Positions 42,483 through 57,500 of a stretch of DNA of 64,000 nt are shown here, one piece after another. The DNA lies in NCBI GenBank assembly GCA_963748235.1, contig CAVVHT010000009.1, positions 1,336,225 to 1,400,224 of the forward strand, in the 5' to 3' direction. This DNA is from an uncultured Chloroflexia bacterium. GTDB lineage: Bacteria > Chloroflexota > Limnocylindria > Limnocylindrales > CSP1-4. Below the pieces are notes generated by a model that saw only the letters and a program-made list of their open reading frames with translations, made no database searches and was not told where the DNA came from. The translations under genes and the position numbers were made by a program. Position 1 is the first letter of the stretch. Every line of letters starts with the position of its first letter.

Positions 42483-42736
42483 ATGGACGTGCCGCCACTC
42501 TCGATTGCCATCGCCACGAACGACGGCTGGGACTCGATCCGGGTCGCGTACGAAGCGGTGCGCGAGCCGCTGCCGCATGGCGCGAAGCGCCTGGCAACGG
42601 CCGTCCGGCGCGGTCAGGCGCTGAGCAGGGTCGTCGCCGTCGCGCCGGCATTGCTGATGCTCGCCACAGCTCAAGGCGTTGGCGAGATCGTGGGCGCGCT
42701 CAAGGGTCCGGCAGGAGCGCGACCAAGCTGCACTGA
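42483..42736 (+). pseudogene. Internally deleted glycosyltransferase-2-like remnant
   Basis: N-terminal LSIAIATNDGW joined directly to C-terminal AQGVGEIVGALKGP..KLH-stop; about 85 codons, no DxD core. Confidence 0.45.
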
Positions 42737-42842
42737 ATCGCCCGGCCCGAAGCAGGTGGTTGGGGGCGAACTGCCGTTTGGTGCTACCATCTCGCGTCGC
42801 GCCCTACCCGCGCCCCAAACGTCTTTCAACTCGAGGTTTCAC

Positions 42843-43517
42843 TTGCCACACTCCTCACGCGGCTGGACCGGTGCCCGCACTCCGTCGGCCATCAAGCGTG
42901 TCCGTCAGGCACAGCGCCGTCGGCTGGTCAATCAGCCCCGCCGCACCGCGGCCAAGACGCTTGTTGCCAAGGCACTCGTCGTCGCCAACGACTCGGCCAC
43001 CAACGGCACGGACGCGGCCGAGGTCCAGCAGGCGGTCGAGCGCGCCGTGTCGGCACTCGACCGAGCGGCCAAGATCGGCGCGATCCACCGCAACGCGGCT
43101 GATCGTCGCAAGAGCCGGCTGATGCTCAAGGTCAACGCCGCGCTGGGCGGCGAGGTAGCCACGACCGGAACGACCAAGCAGGCGCGTCAGACGAGCAAGG
43201 CCGCTGCCGCCAAGCAGGCCAAGGCACGCATCGCCGCATCGCGCGCGACCAAGGCCAAGGGCGCCCAGACGGCTGCCGGCAAGGCCCGCGCGGCACTTGC
43301 CAAGACGTCGCGCGGCGCCGCCGCGGCCGAGACGACCGAGGTCACCGCCGTCGCGACCGAGGCTTCGACGACCAAGACCGCCGCGAAGGCAACGACCGCC
43401 AAGTCAACGACGTCAAAGGCGACGAAGACGACGGCAAAGTCAGCGACGAAGGCCAAGTCCACGGCGACCAAGAGCACGGCCAAGGCCGCTCCCAAGAGCA
43501 CCGCCAAGAAGAGCTAG
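42843..43517 (+). CDS. rpsT: 30S ribosomal protein S20 with long Ala/Lys/Thr-rich C-terminal extension
   Basis: SAIKRVRQAQRRRLVN..LDRAAKIGAIHRNAADRRKSRL; extended -10 TGCTACCAT at 42782-42790; GAGG RBS and TTG start. Confidence 0.92.
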   Translation: MPHSSRGWTGARTPSAIKRVRQAQRRRLVNQPRRTAAKTLVAKALVVANDSATNGTDAAEVQQAVERAVSALDRAAKIGAIHRNAADRRKSRLMLKVNAALGGEVATTGTTKQARQTSKAAAAKQAKARIAASRATKAKGAQTAAGKARAALAKTSRGAAAAETTEVTAVATEASTTKTAAKATTAKSTTSKATKTTAKSATKAKSTATKSTAKAAPKSTAKKS

Positions 43518-43564
43518 CTCTCCACGAGAGTTACGCGCGCCGGGCGGCGCGTTCAGCCTCGGAT

Positions 43565-44151
43565 TTAGGACCGACCCTCTTCGACCGTCGGCCGCGGCCG
43601 TCGCGCTGCTGAAGGCAGCGGCACCGACTTCGGCGGCGAGCTGAACGAGCGCAGCGCCCCACCGACCAGGCTGCCGCCAAAAGTCAAAACGAACAGCAGG
43701 CCGCCGGTTGCGATCAGCTCCTGCCACGTGGCGGCTTCGAGCGACTGCCCATCGGTGATGCCAAACGAGGCCAGCTCGTCGGCCTGCCCCGCCGCCACGT
43801 AGCGCTCGTAGATGCAGTCCGGACCGCGGTTGCAGTCGAGGCTGGTCCCATCGGGCAGCGCTCCGGTGTCGCCGTAGATGAACACCAGGCGCAACGCAAC
43901 GTAGAGCACGGCAAGTCCAATGGCCGTGACCAGTCCTGCGTACGCCGCGTTCTTGAACACCTTGCTGCGCGGCCGCCAGCGCTCGGATCGGACGTTGGCA
44001 TAGACGCCGATGAGCACTCCCATCGCCGGCGCGAGCAGGAAGACAACCGTCTGGATCGGGATGATCAGCTCGAAGGCCATGACCAGCACGAGCGCCATGC
44101 CGAGGCCAACCCAGCCGCCGAAGATCGCACCGCGATCGACGAAACGCCTCA

Positions 44152-44152
<1 letters not shown>
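43565..44152 (-). CDS. Membrane hypothetical protein
   Basis: Four TM segments, DCNRGPDC loop; TGATG-coupled to eno. Confidence 0.75.
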
Positions 44153-46691
<2,539 letters not shown>

Positions 46692-46705
46692 GGTTGGGCT
46701 CTCTA

Positions 46706-47807
<1,102 letters not shown>

Positions 47808-47958
47808 CTGTGAACTCCTTCGTGCCCCCTGCCCGGGGTTGATCTGACCTGCGACGGAGTCAATTCGAGCCGTCGCGCGCGTTGTCTTGGCTGATGCCGC
47901 CTTGATCGTCGGCGGTCCGCGCCAGGGGCGGTAAGGGCCGGATGGCCCGCTCCGTTCC

Positions 47959-48909
47959 TTAGGAAGCGCCTGGATTGATATGCGTATCTTCGCCCAGAAG
48001 GGCAATGCCGACCAGCGGCAGGGCACCGATCAGCCCGACGTCGTCGCCGAGCTGCGCCGGCACGATCTCGACGCGGGCGGCCTGGCGCTTGAAAGCGTGA
48101 GCCTGCACCGCCTCTCGGGCCGGTCCCAGCAGCCGATCGCCCTGGCCGATGGCAATGCCGCCGCCGACGATGAGGCGCTGCGGGTTGAAGATATCGACGA
48201 TCGAAACGGCTGCTGCCGCGAACGCTTGTCGGGCACGCTCCATGATCTCTGCCGCGGCCGGGTCGCCGCCTCCCTCGGCGGCAGCGACCTCGACTGCCGA
48301 GCGCGCGGCCAGGCCGGCCTCGGAAGCGATGCGCGCTATGCCCGTGCCCGAGGCGAACGCCTCGAGGTGGCCGCGCGCGCCACAGCCGCACAGCGGGCCA
48401 TCCATGTCGAGGCTCAGGTGGCCGAGCTCACCGGCCACGCCATCCGGTCCGGTCATCAGCCGCCCACCGCTGAACACTGCACCGCCAACGCCGGTCGACA
48501 CGGTCAGATAGACGAAGTCGGTCAGGCCGCGCGCCGCCCCGAACCTGTGCTCGGCGAGCGCCGCAACGTGCGTGTCGCGCTCGATGGCCGCCGGCAGTCC
48601 GAGCTCGTCGGCCAGCGCCGTCGCAAGGGGAAAGCCCCACAACGAGCGATCAAGGTTGGGCGGGTCAAGCAACTCGCCGCGCGCGACATCGATCGGTCCG
48701 GCCGCGGAAATGCCGATCGCCACCGGTTTCTGGTCCGCGTCGCCACCAGCTCGCGAGCCGGCGAGCGAGCGCCTCATCTGCTCGACCGCCGCGCCGACGA
48801 CCTCGCTCGCCGTCCTGGGCGTCCCCGAGGCGTACCTGCCCACGAGCGTTCCGTCGCCACGAACGACGGCGGTTCGGAGCTGCGTGCCTCCCAGGTCGAG
48901 TGCCAGCAC
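47959..48909 (-). CDS. ROK family sugar kinase (glucokinase-like)
   Basis: [36 protein letters not shown]. Confidence 0.92.
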   Translation of the reverse strand: MLALDLGGTQLRTAVVRGDGTLVGRYASGTPRTASEVVGAAVEQMRRSLAGSRAGGDADQKPVAIGISAAGPIDVARGELLDPPNLDRSLWGFPLATALADELGLPAAIERDTHVAALAEHRFGAARGLTDFVYLTVSTGVGGAVFSGGRLMTGPDGVAGELGHLSLDMDGPLCGCGARGHLEAFASGTGIARIASEAGLAARSAVEVAAAEGGGDPAAAEIMERARQAFAAAAVSIVDIFNPQRLIVGGGIAIGQGDRLLGPAREAVQAHAFKRQAARVEIVPAQLGDDVGLIGALPLVGIALLGEDTHINPGAS

Positions 48910-48932
48910 CGCTCCGTCGTGATTCCGTCACT

Positions 48933-48972
48933 TGAAGAAGAAGGGGTCCCGGCTCGTCGCCAGGACCCCTTC
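48933..48972 (-). terminator. Terminator-like hairpin after the DUF5679-like gene
   Basis: Minus strand GAAGGGGTCCTGGC-GACGA-GCCGGGACCCCTTC followed by TTCTTC. Confidence 0.7.
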
Positions 48973-48993
48973 CCTCCCTCTGCTGAGCGCCGG

Positions 48994-49134
48994 TCAGGCG
49001 CCGATGCGGAAGACGCTATTGCCACACTTGGGACAGGTGCCCTTCGTGGCCGGCTTGCCGTTCTTCATCGTGATCTTTTCCGGGTTCTGGATCTCCACCT
49101 TCATCTTGTCCCGGACGCAATAGGCTTCAGCCAC
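48994..49134 (-). CDS. 46-aa DUF5679-like small basic Cys protein (absent from ORF track)
   Basis: AAGGAGGAGAG RBS, GTG start; MAEAYCVRDKMKVEIQNPEKITMKNGKPATKGTCPKCGNSVFRIGA. Confidence 0.85.
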   Translation of the reverse strand: MAEAYCVRDKMKVEIQNPEKITMKNGKPATKGTCPKCGNSVFRIGA

Positions 49135-49204
49135 CTCTCCTCCTTTTCGCTTCAAGTTCACTGTCGGGAGCCGCGGATTTCGCCGCGACGCCGTTCATTC
49201 CCCC

Positions 49205-50059
49205 TCAGGATGCCACGATTGGCACCCATAGTGAGGGCCGCCAGTGCACAGCTCCTTGTGCTTGCACGGCTTCATCCATATCGGCCAGCAGGCGGAGTGC
49301 CTCCAGCCCCGTATCGATACAGGCCGATTCGGCCTGTTCTTTCTGGGCGCCCTGCACGAAAGCGCCACTTACACGCTGAGCGTACGCCGTGCAGACGACG
49401 CCTGCGCGGCATCCTGCCAACGTTGCCAACACGAGCAACGCCGAGGCTTCCATCTCGAAATTGACCACGCGCTGGCGCGTCATCTCGTCGGCGAGGTCGG
49501 GAAAGCGGATCGGAAGCTGCCGAATCGGCCGTCCCTGGGCGCCGTAGAAACCGGGCGCCGTGGCAGTGATGCCGAGGTGGGCCGTATGTCCCAGACGATA
49601 GGCCGCCTCGGTCAACGCGGCCACGGCGGTGTAGTCGGCGACTGCCGGGTAGCCCTCGTGAACGAAGTATTTCGTCGTCGCTTCGAGGCGCACCGCGCCG
49701 GTCGTGATCACCAGGTCGCCCAGCGCGATGTCATCGCGCAGGACACCGCACGACCCGATCCGGATGAAGGTCGGCTTCTTGGTTATGGCCAGGATCTCGG
49801 CGATGACGATCTCAACGTTGTCGGTGCCGATACCGGTCGACACGACCGACATACGCTTGCCGCCGAAGACGCCGGTCGCCGACGCGAACTCGCGATGGCG
49901 CTTCTGGAACTCGACGCTCTCGAAGCGCGCGGCGACCTTGGCGGTTCGATCCTGATCGCCGGGAAGGAGGATGTACTCGGCCAGCTCACCGGGCCCGAGA
50001 CCGATGTGGTATTGCCGCTCGGTGTCGGGTACCGCCACTCGACGGTCGGCGATCGGCAC
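49205..50059 (-). CDS. udp: Nucleoside (uridine) phosphorylase
   Basis: QYHIGL..LLPGD, STGIG, IRIGSCG, FYGAQGR, NFEMEAS. Confidence 0.85.
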   Translation of the reverse strand: MPIADRRVAVPDTERQYHIGLGPGELAEYILLPGDQDRTAKVAARFESVEFQKRHREFASATGVFGGKRMSVVSTGIGTDNVEIVIAEILAITKKPTFIRIGSCGVLRDDIALGDLVITTGAVRLEATTKYFVHEGYPAVADYTAVAALTEAAYRLGHTAHLGITATAPGFYGAQGRPIRQLPIRFPDLADEMTRQRVVNFEMEASALLVLATLAGCRAGVVCTAYAQRVSGAFVQGAQKEQAESACIDTGLEALRLLADMDEAVQAQGAVHWRPSLWVPIVAS

Positions 50060-50132
50060 ACTTCCTCCTGCTCATCGCACGCTCAATTTGAGCGTGGCTG
50101 AGCGTGACGATAGGCCGCGCGTCTGCAGAGCG

Positions 50133-53100
50133 TCAACCTCGCTGCCGTGCGGCGACGAGGCTGCGGGCACGCTCACGCAACTCGCCGACGACCAGATCGA
50201 GGCGCTTTCGCCACGCCGCCCGACGATGCGGATCGGCCGCCAGCACGCCAACGATCAACACAATCGAGGCTCCGAACAGGGCAAGCGCGGTGAGCTCGGC
50301 GGTAGCCGTCGCCGGTTGCGCACCAGTCTTCGAGGGGAGCTCACCTACGGGCGGCAGCATCGAACCGGAGCTTTCGGTCGCCTCACCAGTTGCCGTGGCA
50401 CCAGCTGTCAGGCGCGCGAGGCGCTCGACCGCGCCAGGGTCATCGACCACGACCTCCAGCTGACCGGAAGCATCAGTTGCCACACGACCCGTCGCGTTGA
50501 GCAGGTCGCCAAGAACGAACCTCGACGCGAGCGCGGCCGCGTCGCCGGTCAGTTGCAGCCGCACCGATGCGCTGCCGTCGTCGATCAGCACGGCGGTTCC
50601 GTCGATGGCCGTGACGACGCCACCAACGGTGACCACCTCGTCCTCGTGCCCCTCGAGATCGTCGAGTGACTGGACGACGTTGATGCCAGGTGAGGCGGAT
50701 CCGACCGGGCCAACAGGGCCGCCGGCCGATGAGGGCCGCGCCGTGACCGGGCGGCCGCTGCCGATCGGCGACCCAGAAGTGCCCGGCCGCGGTGACAGCG
50801 ATGGCTGGCTGCTGCCGCTCACGGCAGGGCCAAGCTTGATGTCCGCGGCAGAGCGCGGCACGACCGAAAGCCGCTGGTCTGTCGCGGTGGGATAGGCGCG
50901 CTTGACGATGCCGGTGATCGCCACATTGCGTCCTTCCTCGAGCGCCGTCGAAGCGATGCCACTCCGCTGGAGTCCGCTGATCGGGATCGTGCCGCCGGAC
51001 ACGGCGACTTCAGCTCGCCAGGTTTCGCCATCGCGGCGAACGTCTTCTACGCGCCCGCTGACGGCCACGAGTCGCCACTCGAGTGCGGCTGCGATGGGAG
51101 CGGCGCGCACGGTCGTGGCGTTGATCGTGCCCTGGCCGGTGGATCGTGCCGAGCTGGCAGTCAGCGACGGCGCTCCGTAGTACGTCCCCACCTGACCGGT
51201 GGCTGTGATTCGCTGGCCAACGTGCGCGGTCACGTCGGCAGGCAAGCGGACCATGATCGCCGCGCTGCTGTCCTGGAGGATCGTTCGCGTGGCGTCGCTG
51301 TCGAGCAGGCCGAGCTTGACGGTGACGATTCCTTCAACCGCGACGGTTTGACCCTGTCGCCTGAGGGCGTCGGCGATCGAGATCACCGCCGCGTTCGATG
51401 TTGGTGACGCACTCGGACGAGGTGATACGCGCGGTGTGGTCGACGGCCGTGCAGTGGGCCGTGCCGTTGGACTCGGAGTCGGACGAGGCGTGGCACTGGC
51501 CGTCGGCCGTGGTGTGGGTGTCGGCGGATCGGCGATGACCGCCACGTCCGACATGGAACGCGGCCAGAGGCGGAACAGGCCGAGCCGATCTCCAACGAGC
51601 CCTACGACCGCCAGCCGCTGGTCGGCGCTGAAGTCGGACCCGTCGACGCCAAGCGGTGCGTGAAAGAACACACGACCCTCGCCCGAAGCGTCGGAGACGA
51701 TGAGCGTCAGGCTGCCGGTCGAGCTCGTTTCGATGCGCTCGATGGTGACCGAGAGCCGGGCCAGCAGGCCCTCGGTGTCGTCATCCATCTCGCCAACGCC
51801 GATGTTGAGCGGCGTGGGCTGGCTGGATTGTTCGAGCAGTGCGATCCCGCCGTCGCGCGACCGAATCTCGAGGTTGCCGTACGGCGCGGCCAGGGTGCCG
51901 GTCGCCTCGAGCACGCGGCCAAGAACGACCCCGTCCAGCGTGGCGTCGGGCAGCTGGACGAAGATCCCGCCGGTCTGATCCTGGATGGCGACCGTTTCGC
52001 TGCCGAGCAACGCTCCGGGCAACGCGGTCACGACTCCCCTTACGCGGACCTCAGCGCCGATCGGCTGGCCGCGAGCGTCGCCGATAGAGAGCAAGACCGA
52101 GGTGGGCTCCGGGGTCGGCGTGGGTGAGGGAGATGGGCTGAGGGTGGGCGCCGCTGATGGGGTCGGCGTGGGTGAGGGCGTGGGTGCCTGGGTCGGGCTG
52201 GCCGTAGGCGTCGGCGTGGGGCTGGCCGTGGGTGCCGACGTCGGCGTCGGAGTCGGACTGGCCGTCGGTGTCGGAATCGCCGTCGGTGTCGGCGAGCTGG
52301 TCGGCGCCGGCTCAAGGACGACGATGTCGTCGGCGCCGCGGATCAGCAAGCGGTAGCCACTCACGCCGTCACCGATCAGGTCGAGCTGGCCGAGCACGCC
52401 GCTCAGGCGCAGACGTGATCCGACCGCCAGGTCACCAGTTGCCACTCCGGCTGGAGGAGCGGCCAGCACAGCAAGCGCTCCTGTACCGTCATCGATCCAG
52501 GTGGCAATGCCTTCAGGCGTCGTCACCGCAGCAGCGGTGACGAGACCTTCCACGGCGATCGATCGACCTTCGAACGGTTCGCAAGCGAAACCTGTTGGAA
52601 CATCGATCGGACCGAGAAGCGTGCCCGGTTCGATTACGGCGATGCTGGATGGATCCGCGATGACGAGAGTGGTCTGGCCTGCGCGCACCTCGACGGTGCC
52701 AGTCACCACCAGCAGGTCGCCCATCGCAACCGACGGCCAATCTCCCGCCCCGAGATGCAGCGCGATGCCGGCCAGGTCGTCCTCAATGAACGCGCCGCGG
52801 CCCTCGTCGATGAGGCCGGCGGGGGTCGCCAGTCGTCCGACGGTCGAGACAAGCGTGCCGGCCAGGGCCGACCGCGCCTGGCCGATGGTCTGTTGCCCAG
52901 ACGGACCGGGCGTCGCTGTCTCAGCCGGTGTCGGGGAGGGAGTAGCTGCCGGCAGCGTGGCGCACATTGGGCCGGCTGTCGGCGCAGGAGTCGGAGTCGG
53001 CGTGGGCGTCGGCACAACAGTGGCCGTTGGCGTTGGCGTGACGGCCGGCACTGGGGACGCGGCCAGATTGTGAGCGACAGGGCTCGCCTCAATTCGCAGG

Positions 53101-53708
53101 TCGGCCATGTTGTCGTTCGCATCCATCGCGTTGCCAAGGCTGCCACCGGGACGCCGCTCGAGACTCGAACCGGAAGCCGGCGCGGGTCCGGGCGCTCCCT
53201 CAACGAAAGCGTTTGACGCATCTCCCCAGCTGATCGCGTCGACGACCACGCCGCCGAGCGTGCGCAAAGCGATGCTGCCGCCTGACGCCGCGAAGCCGCC
53301 GGTGTACGTGCCGTCGGCGCCGCCAGCCCAAACTCCAGAGGCATTGGCGATCAGCAGATGGTGATGCGCGGGCACGATCTGCTGCGTCCACGTTTGCTTG
53401 CGCGTCACGGTCGAGCCGCTGGCCGTCACGTAGACGAGCTCGAGGCCGCCGAGATCCAGCGCAGAGGCCGACGCGTTGTACAGCTCGACGAACTCGTCGG
53501 ACGCACTGGCGCCGCCGGTCACGACCTCCGACACGAGGATGCCCGTGCTGGGCGGCCATGACACCGTCTGCGCCAACGCAGAGGCCGGTCGCAATGCGAG
53601 GCCGACGACGCCGATCAGGGCGACGATCAATCCCAGGTTGAATAGACGATCCCAACGCGCATCCGACATGGCCGGCCATCCAGCTGCAGGGCGGGCAGTG
53701 GCGGACAA
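50133..53708 (-). CDS. Lamin-tail-domain surface protein with several OB-fold modules, PT linkers and C-terminal TM anchor
   Basis: [19 protein letters not shown] (LTD); repeats TIGQARS/SIGDARG/SIADALR..V.G.VT; real start may be 53669. Confidence 0.8.
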   Translation of the reverse strand: MSATARPAAGWPAMSDARWDRLFNLGLIVALIGVVGLALRPASALAQTVSWPPSTGILVSEVVTGGASASDEFVELYNASASALDLGGLELVYVTASGSTVTRKQTWTQQIVPAHHHLLIANASGVWAGGADGTYTGGFAASGGSIALRTLGGVVVDAISWGDASNAFVEGAPGPAPASGSSLERRPGGSLGNAMDANDNMADLRIEASPVAHNLAASPVPAVTPTPTATVVPTPTPTPTPAPTAGPMCATLPAATPSPTPAETATPGPSGQQTIGQARSALAGTLVSTVGRLATPAGLIDEGRGAFIEDDLAGIALHLGAGDWPSVAMGDLLVVTGTVEVRAGQTTLVIADPSSIAVIEPGTLLGPIDVPTGFACEPFEGRSIAVEGLVTAAAVTTPEGIATWIDDGTGALAVLAAPPAGVATGDLAVGSRLRLSGVLGQLDLIGDGVSGYRLLIRGADDIVVLEPAPTSSPTPTAIPTPTASPTPTPTSAPTASPTPTPTASPTQAPTPSPTPTPSAAPTLSPSPSPTPTPEPTSVLLSIGDARGQPIGAEVRVRGVVTALPGALLGSETVAIQDQTGGIFVQLPDATLDGVVLGRVLEATGTLAAPYGNLEIRSRDGGIALLEQSSQPTPLNIGVGEMDDDTEGLLARLSVTIERIETSSTGSLTLIVSDASGEGRVFFHAPLGVDGSDFSADQRLAVVGLVGDRLGLFRLWPRSMSDVAVIADPPTPTPRPTASATPRPTPSPTARPTARPSTTPRVSPRPSASPTSNAAVISIADALRRQGQTVAVEGIVTVKLGLLDSDATRTILQDSSAAIMVRLPADVTAHVGQRITATGQVGTYYGAPSLTASSARSTGQGTINATTVRAAPIAAALEWRLVAVSGRVEDVRRDGETWRAEVAVSGGTIPISGLQRSGIASTALEEGRNVAITGIVKRAYPTATDQRLSVVPRSAADIKLGPAVSGSSQPSLSPRPGTSGSPIGSGRPVTARPSSAGGPVGPVGSASPGINVVQSLDDLEGHEDEVVTVGGVVTAIDGTAVLIDDGSASVRLQLTGDAAALASRFVLGDLLNATGRVATDASGQLEVVVDDPGAVERLARLTAGATATGEATESSGSMLPPVGELPSKTGAQPATATAELTALALFGASIVLIVGVLAADPHRRAAWRKRLDLVVGELRERARSLVAARQRG

Positions 53709-53844
53709 TCGGCGGCATCGGCGAGCTCAAGTGACCAGTCTGGTGGGGCTGACTTCGCCATCGCTTATTGCCCGCTTATCAGCGGCTTCACAGGTCGATT
53801 TGCTAGCATGCCGGGCACCCCCGTTCCCCGAAGGAGACCTTTCG

Positions 53845-54540
53845 TTGGCTCGCGCCAAAGACACAGCCCGATCCGAAGCCCGTCGTCGTTCGAAGGCGAG
53901 CATGCGTGCCGATCAGCCGACCGAGGAGGGCGCTGACGACCTGCTCGATGCAGAGGAGTCGACAGCAACGACGACCGCGACGGCTCCTGCCGAGCGGCCG
54001 CGCATGTTCAAGCTGCCCAACTTCCGCGAGGACATCCGAGCGCTGCCGCACATCATGCGCACGCGAAAGCTGCTCTGGCTGCCGCTACTCCTGCTGTTTA
54101 TCGGCACGGCCATCGTGCTTGTGCTGCCGTCGCTGACCGGCGAGCCGCTCGCGCTGGCCGACCTCTATCTCCAGTTCTTCTATGTCCCGCCGGCCCTGTT
54201 CACGTTCTTCATTGCGGGATTCATCGCGCCGCGGGCCTCGTGGCTGATCGGCCTGCTCTACGGCATCGTCGCAGGTTTCCTGTGGTTCATCGCCTTCATC
54301 CCACCGAGCCTCGTCACCACCCCGACGGCGTTCGCCACCCAGCTCTTCCTGTTGATCATGAATGGCGCCCTGTATGGGACGTTCGCGGCCGCATTCGCGG
54401 CCTGGTACCGAGACTTCCTGCGCGGCATGCAGGAGCGCGGCCGGACGCGGCGAGCCGAGCAGGAGGCGAACGAGCGCGCCAAGCGTCGCGACGAGCGGCA
54501 GGAAGCGCGCCGGGTCGCTAAGCAGAAGCCGACCACCTAG
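53845..54540 (+). CDS. Four-TM membrane hypothetical protein
   Basis: AAGGAG RBS with TTG start; extended -10 TGCTAGCAT at 53801-53809. Confidence 0.75.
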   Translation: MARAKDTARSEARRRSKASMRADQPTEEGADDLLDAEESTATTTATAPAERPRMFKLPNFREDIRALPHIMRTRKLLWLPLLLLFIGTAIVLVLPSLTGEPLALADLYLQFFYVPPALFTFFIAGFIAPRASWLIGLLYGIVAGFLWFIAFIPPSLVTTPTAFATQLFLLIMNGALYGTFAAAFAAWYRDFLRGMQERGRTRRAEQEANERAKRRDERQEARRVAKQKPTT

Positions 54541-54548
54541 CTTTCCGC

Positions 54549-57500
54549 TCAGTTCTGCCGGCGCATGCCGGCGTGGCCCATGTGCCTGACTCCCTGGGGC
54601 TGAACTGGTCCGCCCTGCGGCCGGCTGATGTCGGCCAGCGACTCGACTCGATCGGCGATCACGTTGACCACGTCCGCTTCGCGTTCGAGCCTACCCTCGA
54701 TGTACAGCAGCGCGTGGCGCCGCACCGTTCGCCGGAAGCGCGCCCAGCTGTCGGGCCAGAGGGTGACGTTGACCATGCCCGTCTCGTCCTCGAGCGCAAG
54801 GAAGACCGTGCCGCGAGCGGTCATCGGATGCTGGCGAGTGACGACGAGACCGCCGATCCTGACCCTGCCCGGCTTCGCGTCGGCGAGCGCGCCGGCGGTC
54901 AGCACGCCGAGCTTGTCCAGCGCCGGCCGGAATAGCTCGATCACCTGCCGGCGCGCGTCGAGCGACAGGATCGCGTAGGCGTCGCCGAGCCGCTCCAGCT
55001 CAGTCGGTGGCGGCAGATCCGGCGCGTCGGTCGGCGGCAGGCGCAGATCGAGCGTCCTGTTTCCCTGGCTTCTGGTTCCACGACTGGCGCGTGCCACTTC
55101 CTTGAGCTGCCACAGCAGCTTGCGCCGCTCCTCGCCGAGGGAGTCGAGCGCGCCCGAGCGGATCAGCCGCTCGATGACCTCTTCGCCGAGCTCGGTCCGA
55201 GCGGCAAGGTCGGCGAGCGTAGTGAAGGGGCCGCCGCTACTGATCTCTGCGTCGAGTGCCTCGCCCTCAGCCTCGCCGATGCCCTTGACGAGATGCAGCC
55301 CGAGGCGGATGCCATACGCCCGTGCGCTCTCGGCCGACCAGTAGGCGCGTGACTCATCGCTCGGCACGACGCAGCCTGAAGAGCGGACGACGGCCGGCCG
55401 GCGATCGATGCCTGCGCCATCGGGGAGTGGCTCATCGGGCATGCCGACCCACTCGGTCGCCGTCAGGTAGCGACTCCTGTTGACGTCGACCGGCAGGACG
55501 CAGACGCCGTGACGCTTGGCGTCATTGACGAGCACCTCTACCGGGTAGAAGCCCATCGGCTGGGCGTTGATGAGGCCGGTCACGAACTGGGCAGGATAGA
55601 AGAGCTTCAGGAATGAGCTCTCGTATGCGGTCCGGGCGAAGGCCGCTGCGTGGCTCTTGTTGAAGCCGAAGCTGGCGAAGGCGGAGACCTGGCGGAAGAG
55701 CTCCTCGGCCTGCTCGGTCGTCAGGCCGTTGCGGGCGATGCAACCGTCGACGAACTGGGCGTGGAGCTTCTCCATCTCGCGACTTGAGCGCCACGTGCCC
55801 ATGGCCCGCCTGAAGCCGTCCGACTCAGCCGCGCTGAAGCCGGCCACGTCGATGGCGATCTTCATCACCTGCTCCTGGTACAGGATCACGCCCATCGTCT
55901 CCTCGAGCGCCGGAGCGAGGCTCGGATGGAGGTAGGTCACTTCCTCCTTGCCCTGCCGGCGACGGAGGTATGGATGAACAGCGTTGCCCTGGATCGGCCC
56001 GGGACGGATGATCGCCACCTCGACCACGAGGTCGTCGAGGTTCTCCGGCCTTGACCTTGGAAGAGTCTGCATCTGGGCGCGCGACTCGATCTGGAAGACA
56101 CCGACCGTGTCCGCCGCCTGAATCATGCGAAAGACCTCGGGGATGTCCTCGGGCAGCCGGTCGAGGTCGACGACGACCGCGCAGTCGGCCTGGATATCTC
56201 TGAGCGCGTCGTCGATCGAAGAGAGCATCCGAAGCCCGAGCAAGTCGAGCTTGATGAGTTTCAGGGTCTCAATGTCACGTTTGTCGTATTGCACCACGAC
56301 ACGACCGGGCATTGTGGCTCTTTCGAGTGGTGCGATGTCGATCAGAGGGGCCGCCGTGACAAGCATCCCGCCGGTGTGGATCGACAGATGTCGTGGAAAG
56401 CCGTCAATCCGGGAGGTGAGCTCCAGCCACCGATCCCAAGGCGTCAGCCCAACCGTCGACGGCCTCGCGGGCGTAAACGCTATGGCAACACTCCCAGTGG
56501 AGGAATCGGCTTTAACGGCCGTTGGATCCCACTCCTGAGGTTCTTTAGAGGGGTGGTGACTCTCACGCTGAGCGTGAGATGTGCCCGAGATCGATGCGTC
56601 TCTGACGCCCAGACCGCTTTTTGACACTGGGAGTGTTGCGGGAGGCGCTAAAGCGTCGTGATGGTCGGCGTCGGGGTCGATCGGGCGCGGCCGGCGCACC
56701 AGAACGGGATGTACTTCGTCGCGCTCCAGCTCGCCGCGCAGCCAGCGCACGCTGACCGGCGTGTCACCCGGCCCGCCCTCGTCGTCGGAGAGTGCCTGCA
56801 ACATCCGCGCCGGCGGCTTGAGCTGACCCATGTGATCGACCAGCCCGCGTGCACGGGCGACATCACCGTCACTCTCGGCTTCGGCCAGACCGGACGCGGC
56901 AAAGAACCCGGCAAAGCCGCCCTCGGCTTCGAGGTCGCGCCGGACCATGACCGAGTCGTACGTCTCGAGTGCCTTGGCCACGCGATCGACCAGCGGGCGC
57001 GGAAAGCCCAACGCGTAACCGACCTCGCGGATGGCGGACCGCGCCCGGTACGTGACGAGGTTGCAGACCATCCCCGTGTGCTCAGCGCCGTAGCGCTCGT
57101 AGACGTACTGGATGACCTCCTCGCGGCGCGACGAGGCAAAGTCGATGTCCACGTCCGGGTAACTCGTGCGGCCCTCGTTGATGAAGCGCTCGAAGAGGAG
57201 CCGGTGGCGGATCGGGTCGACTCGGGTGATGCCGAGCACGTAGGCAACGATCGAATCACCGGCACTTCCCCGACCCTGGGCCGGGATCCCGCGCTCACGG
57301 CAGAAGCGCATGATGTCCCAGCAGATCAGGAAGAACTCGGCCAGGCCGGTCCGCTCGATCACCTCGAGCTCGTGCGCCAGCTGCTTGACGACCGCCGGCT
57401 TGAGCGGGATGTAGCGCCGGCGCATGCCCTCGTGGCTGAGCGTCTCGAGATACGAGAACGCCGTTTCCTCGACCGGCACCGGAAAGCCCGGGAAGCGGTA

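Noticed and set aside
42483-43517. 344-aa S20 with a long N-terminal domain
   Set aside because: Separate promoter, RBS and TTG at 42843; the upstream part is a distinct remnant joined in frame by an indel
52090-52310. DNA tandem repeat array (also 20340-20580 and 63120-63420)
   Set aside because: Degenerate codon-level repeats encoding Pro/Thr/Ser linkers, not a DNA element
56450-56900. Intein in DnaE2
   Set aside because: No Cys/Ser N-terminal block, no His-Asn C-terminus and no endonuclease motifs
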